From positions 372,001 to 436,000 of the forward strand of contig OZ237748.1 in the NCBI GenBank assembly GCA_965178125.1: a DNA stretch of 64,000 bases, in the 5' to 3' direction. The position numbers and the translations under genes are program-made. Shown here one piece after another: positions 63,490-64,000 of this stretch. Positions within the stretch are counted from its first letter, which is position 1; each line of letters begins with the position of its first letter. The notes under the pieces were generated by a model. It made no database searches, had not been told where the DNA came from, and worked only from the letters and a program-made list of their open reading frames with translations. Source of the DNA: Bilabrum cf. latius. Lineage: Eukaryota.

Positions 63490-64000
63490 CCACACTTCTT
63501 CGCCCGTTTGGGGGAGCCCTTTCGGATCGTAAGATAGCTATGTGATCGAACAGCAGGCTTTGCCCACGCGCATGCGGACGCAGCGGCTGGGGCGGGCTGC
63601 AGACGGCCGGGAGCGCGTTTGGATGGGCCAGCTAAAGAGGCTTCTCCACCCGAACCAGCACCAGCCAGCCTCTCACACGAGTACAATCGAATGAACATAC
63701 CATAAAGAGCAATATATCCAAATTCTGCCATGGAGGCCGTAGGAGGAACAAATTGCCGGGCCCGCACGTTTCGGCCGCAGTGGGCGAGACAGTCGCGCAG
63801 CGCCGCCGGCAAATTTTCTGCCGCCGATCAAATTCCGGCACAATCGACGCATACGGTCACAAAGAATAGGGTGGGAGCATTTTTCTTGTAGGGTCACTCC
63901 CCGCCCGCTCACAGGCGCCCATACATGATCCGTGCGCCTCGCCGGCTGTGCGCGGCGCCAAAACAAGTTCCGCTAATATGAATCCACGGATGTGGTCGGC
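63490..64000 (+). promoter_or_regulatory. Upstream region of the next array copy
   Basis: Homologous to about 715-1200 and about 39820-40230, which precede copies 1 and 5. Includes the block (c/a)Rtgatc...gcgcggc(gc)caaa..aRgttccgc shared by all copies. Confidence 0.5.

Overview
GC-rich eukaryotic DNA with GT-AG introns that appears to use a non-standard code: TAG, and probably TAA, reads as Gln, and TGA is the stop. The window is a head-to-tail array of paralogous ankyrin-repeat genes on the + strand: six complete copies, the 3' end of a seventh and the upstream region of an eighth. Each internal ankyrin repeat sits on its own 99-nt phase-0 exon, and differences between copies concentrate on the ligand-binding-surface codons. 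Three copies carry a duplicated repeat exon. One copy replaces the usual C-terminus with a coiled coil plus a protein kinase. Inserted in the array are two 8-11 kb split-direct-repeat elements without target-site duplication (TSD) that are filled with satellites, a 5-kb two-gene hAT-like transposon, several short hairpin-led insertions, and tandem amplifications of the genes' own stop-codon segments. All exon models are inferred by eye from splice motifs and paralog comparison; there is no transcript evidence and no database search was run.
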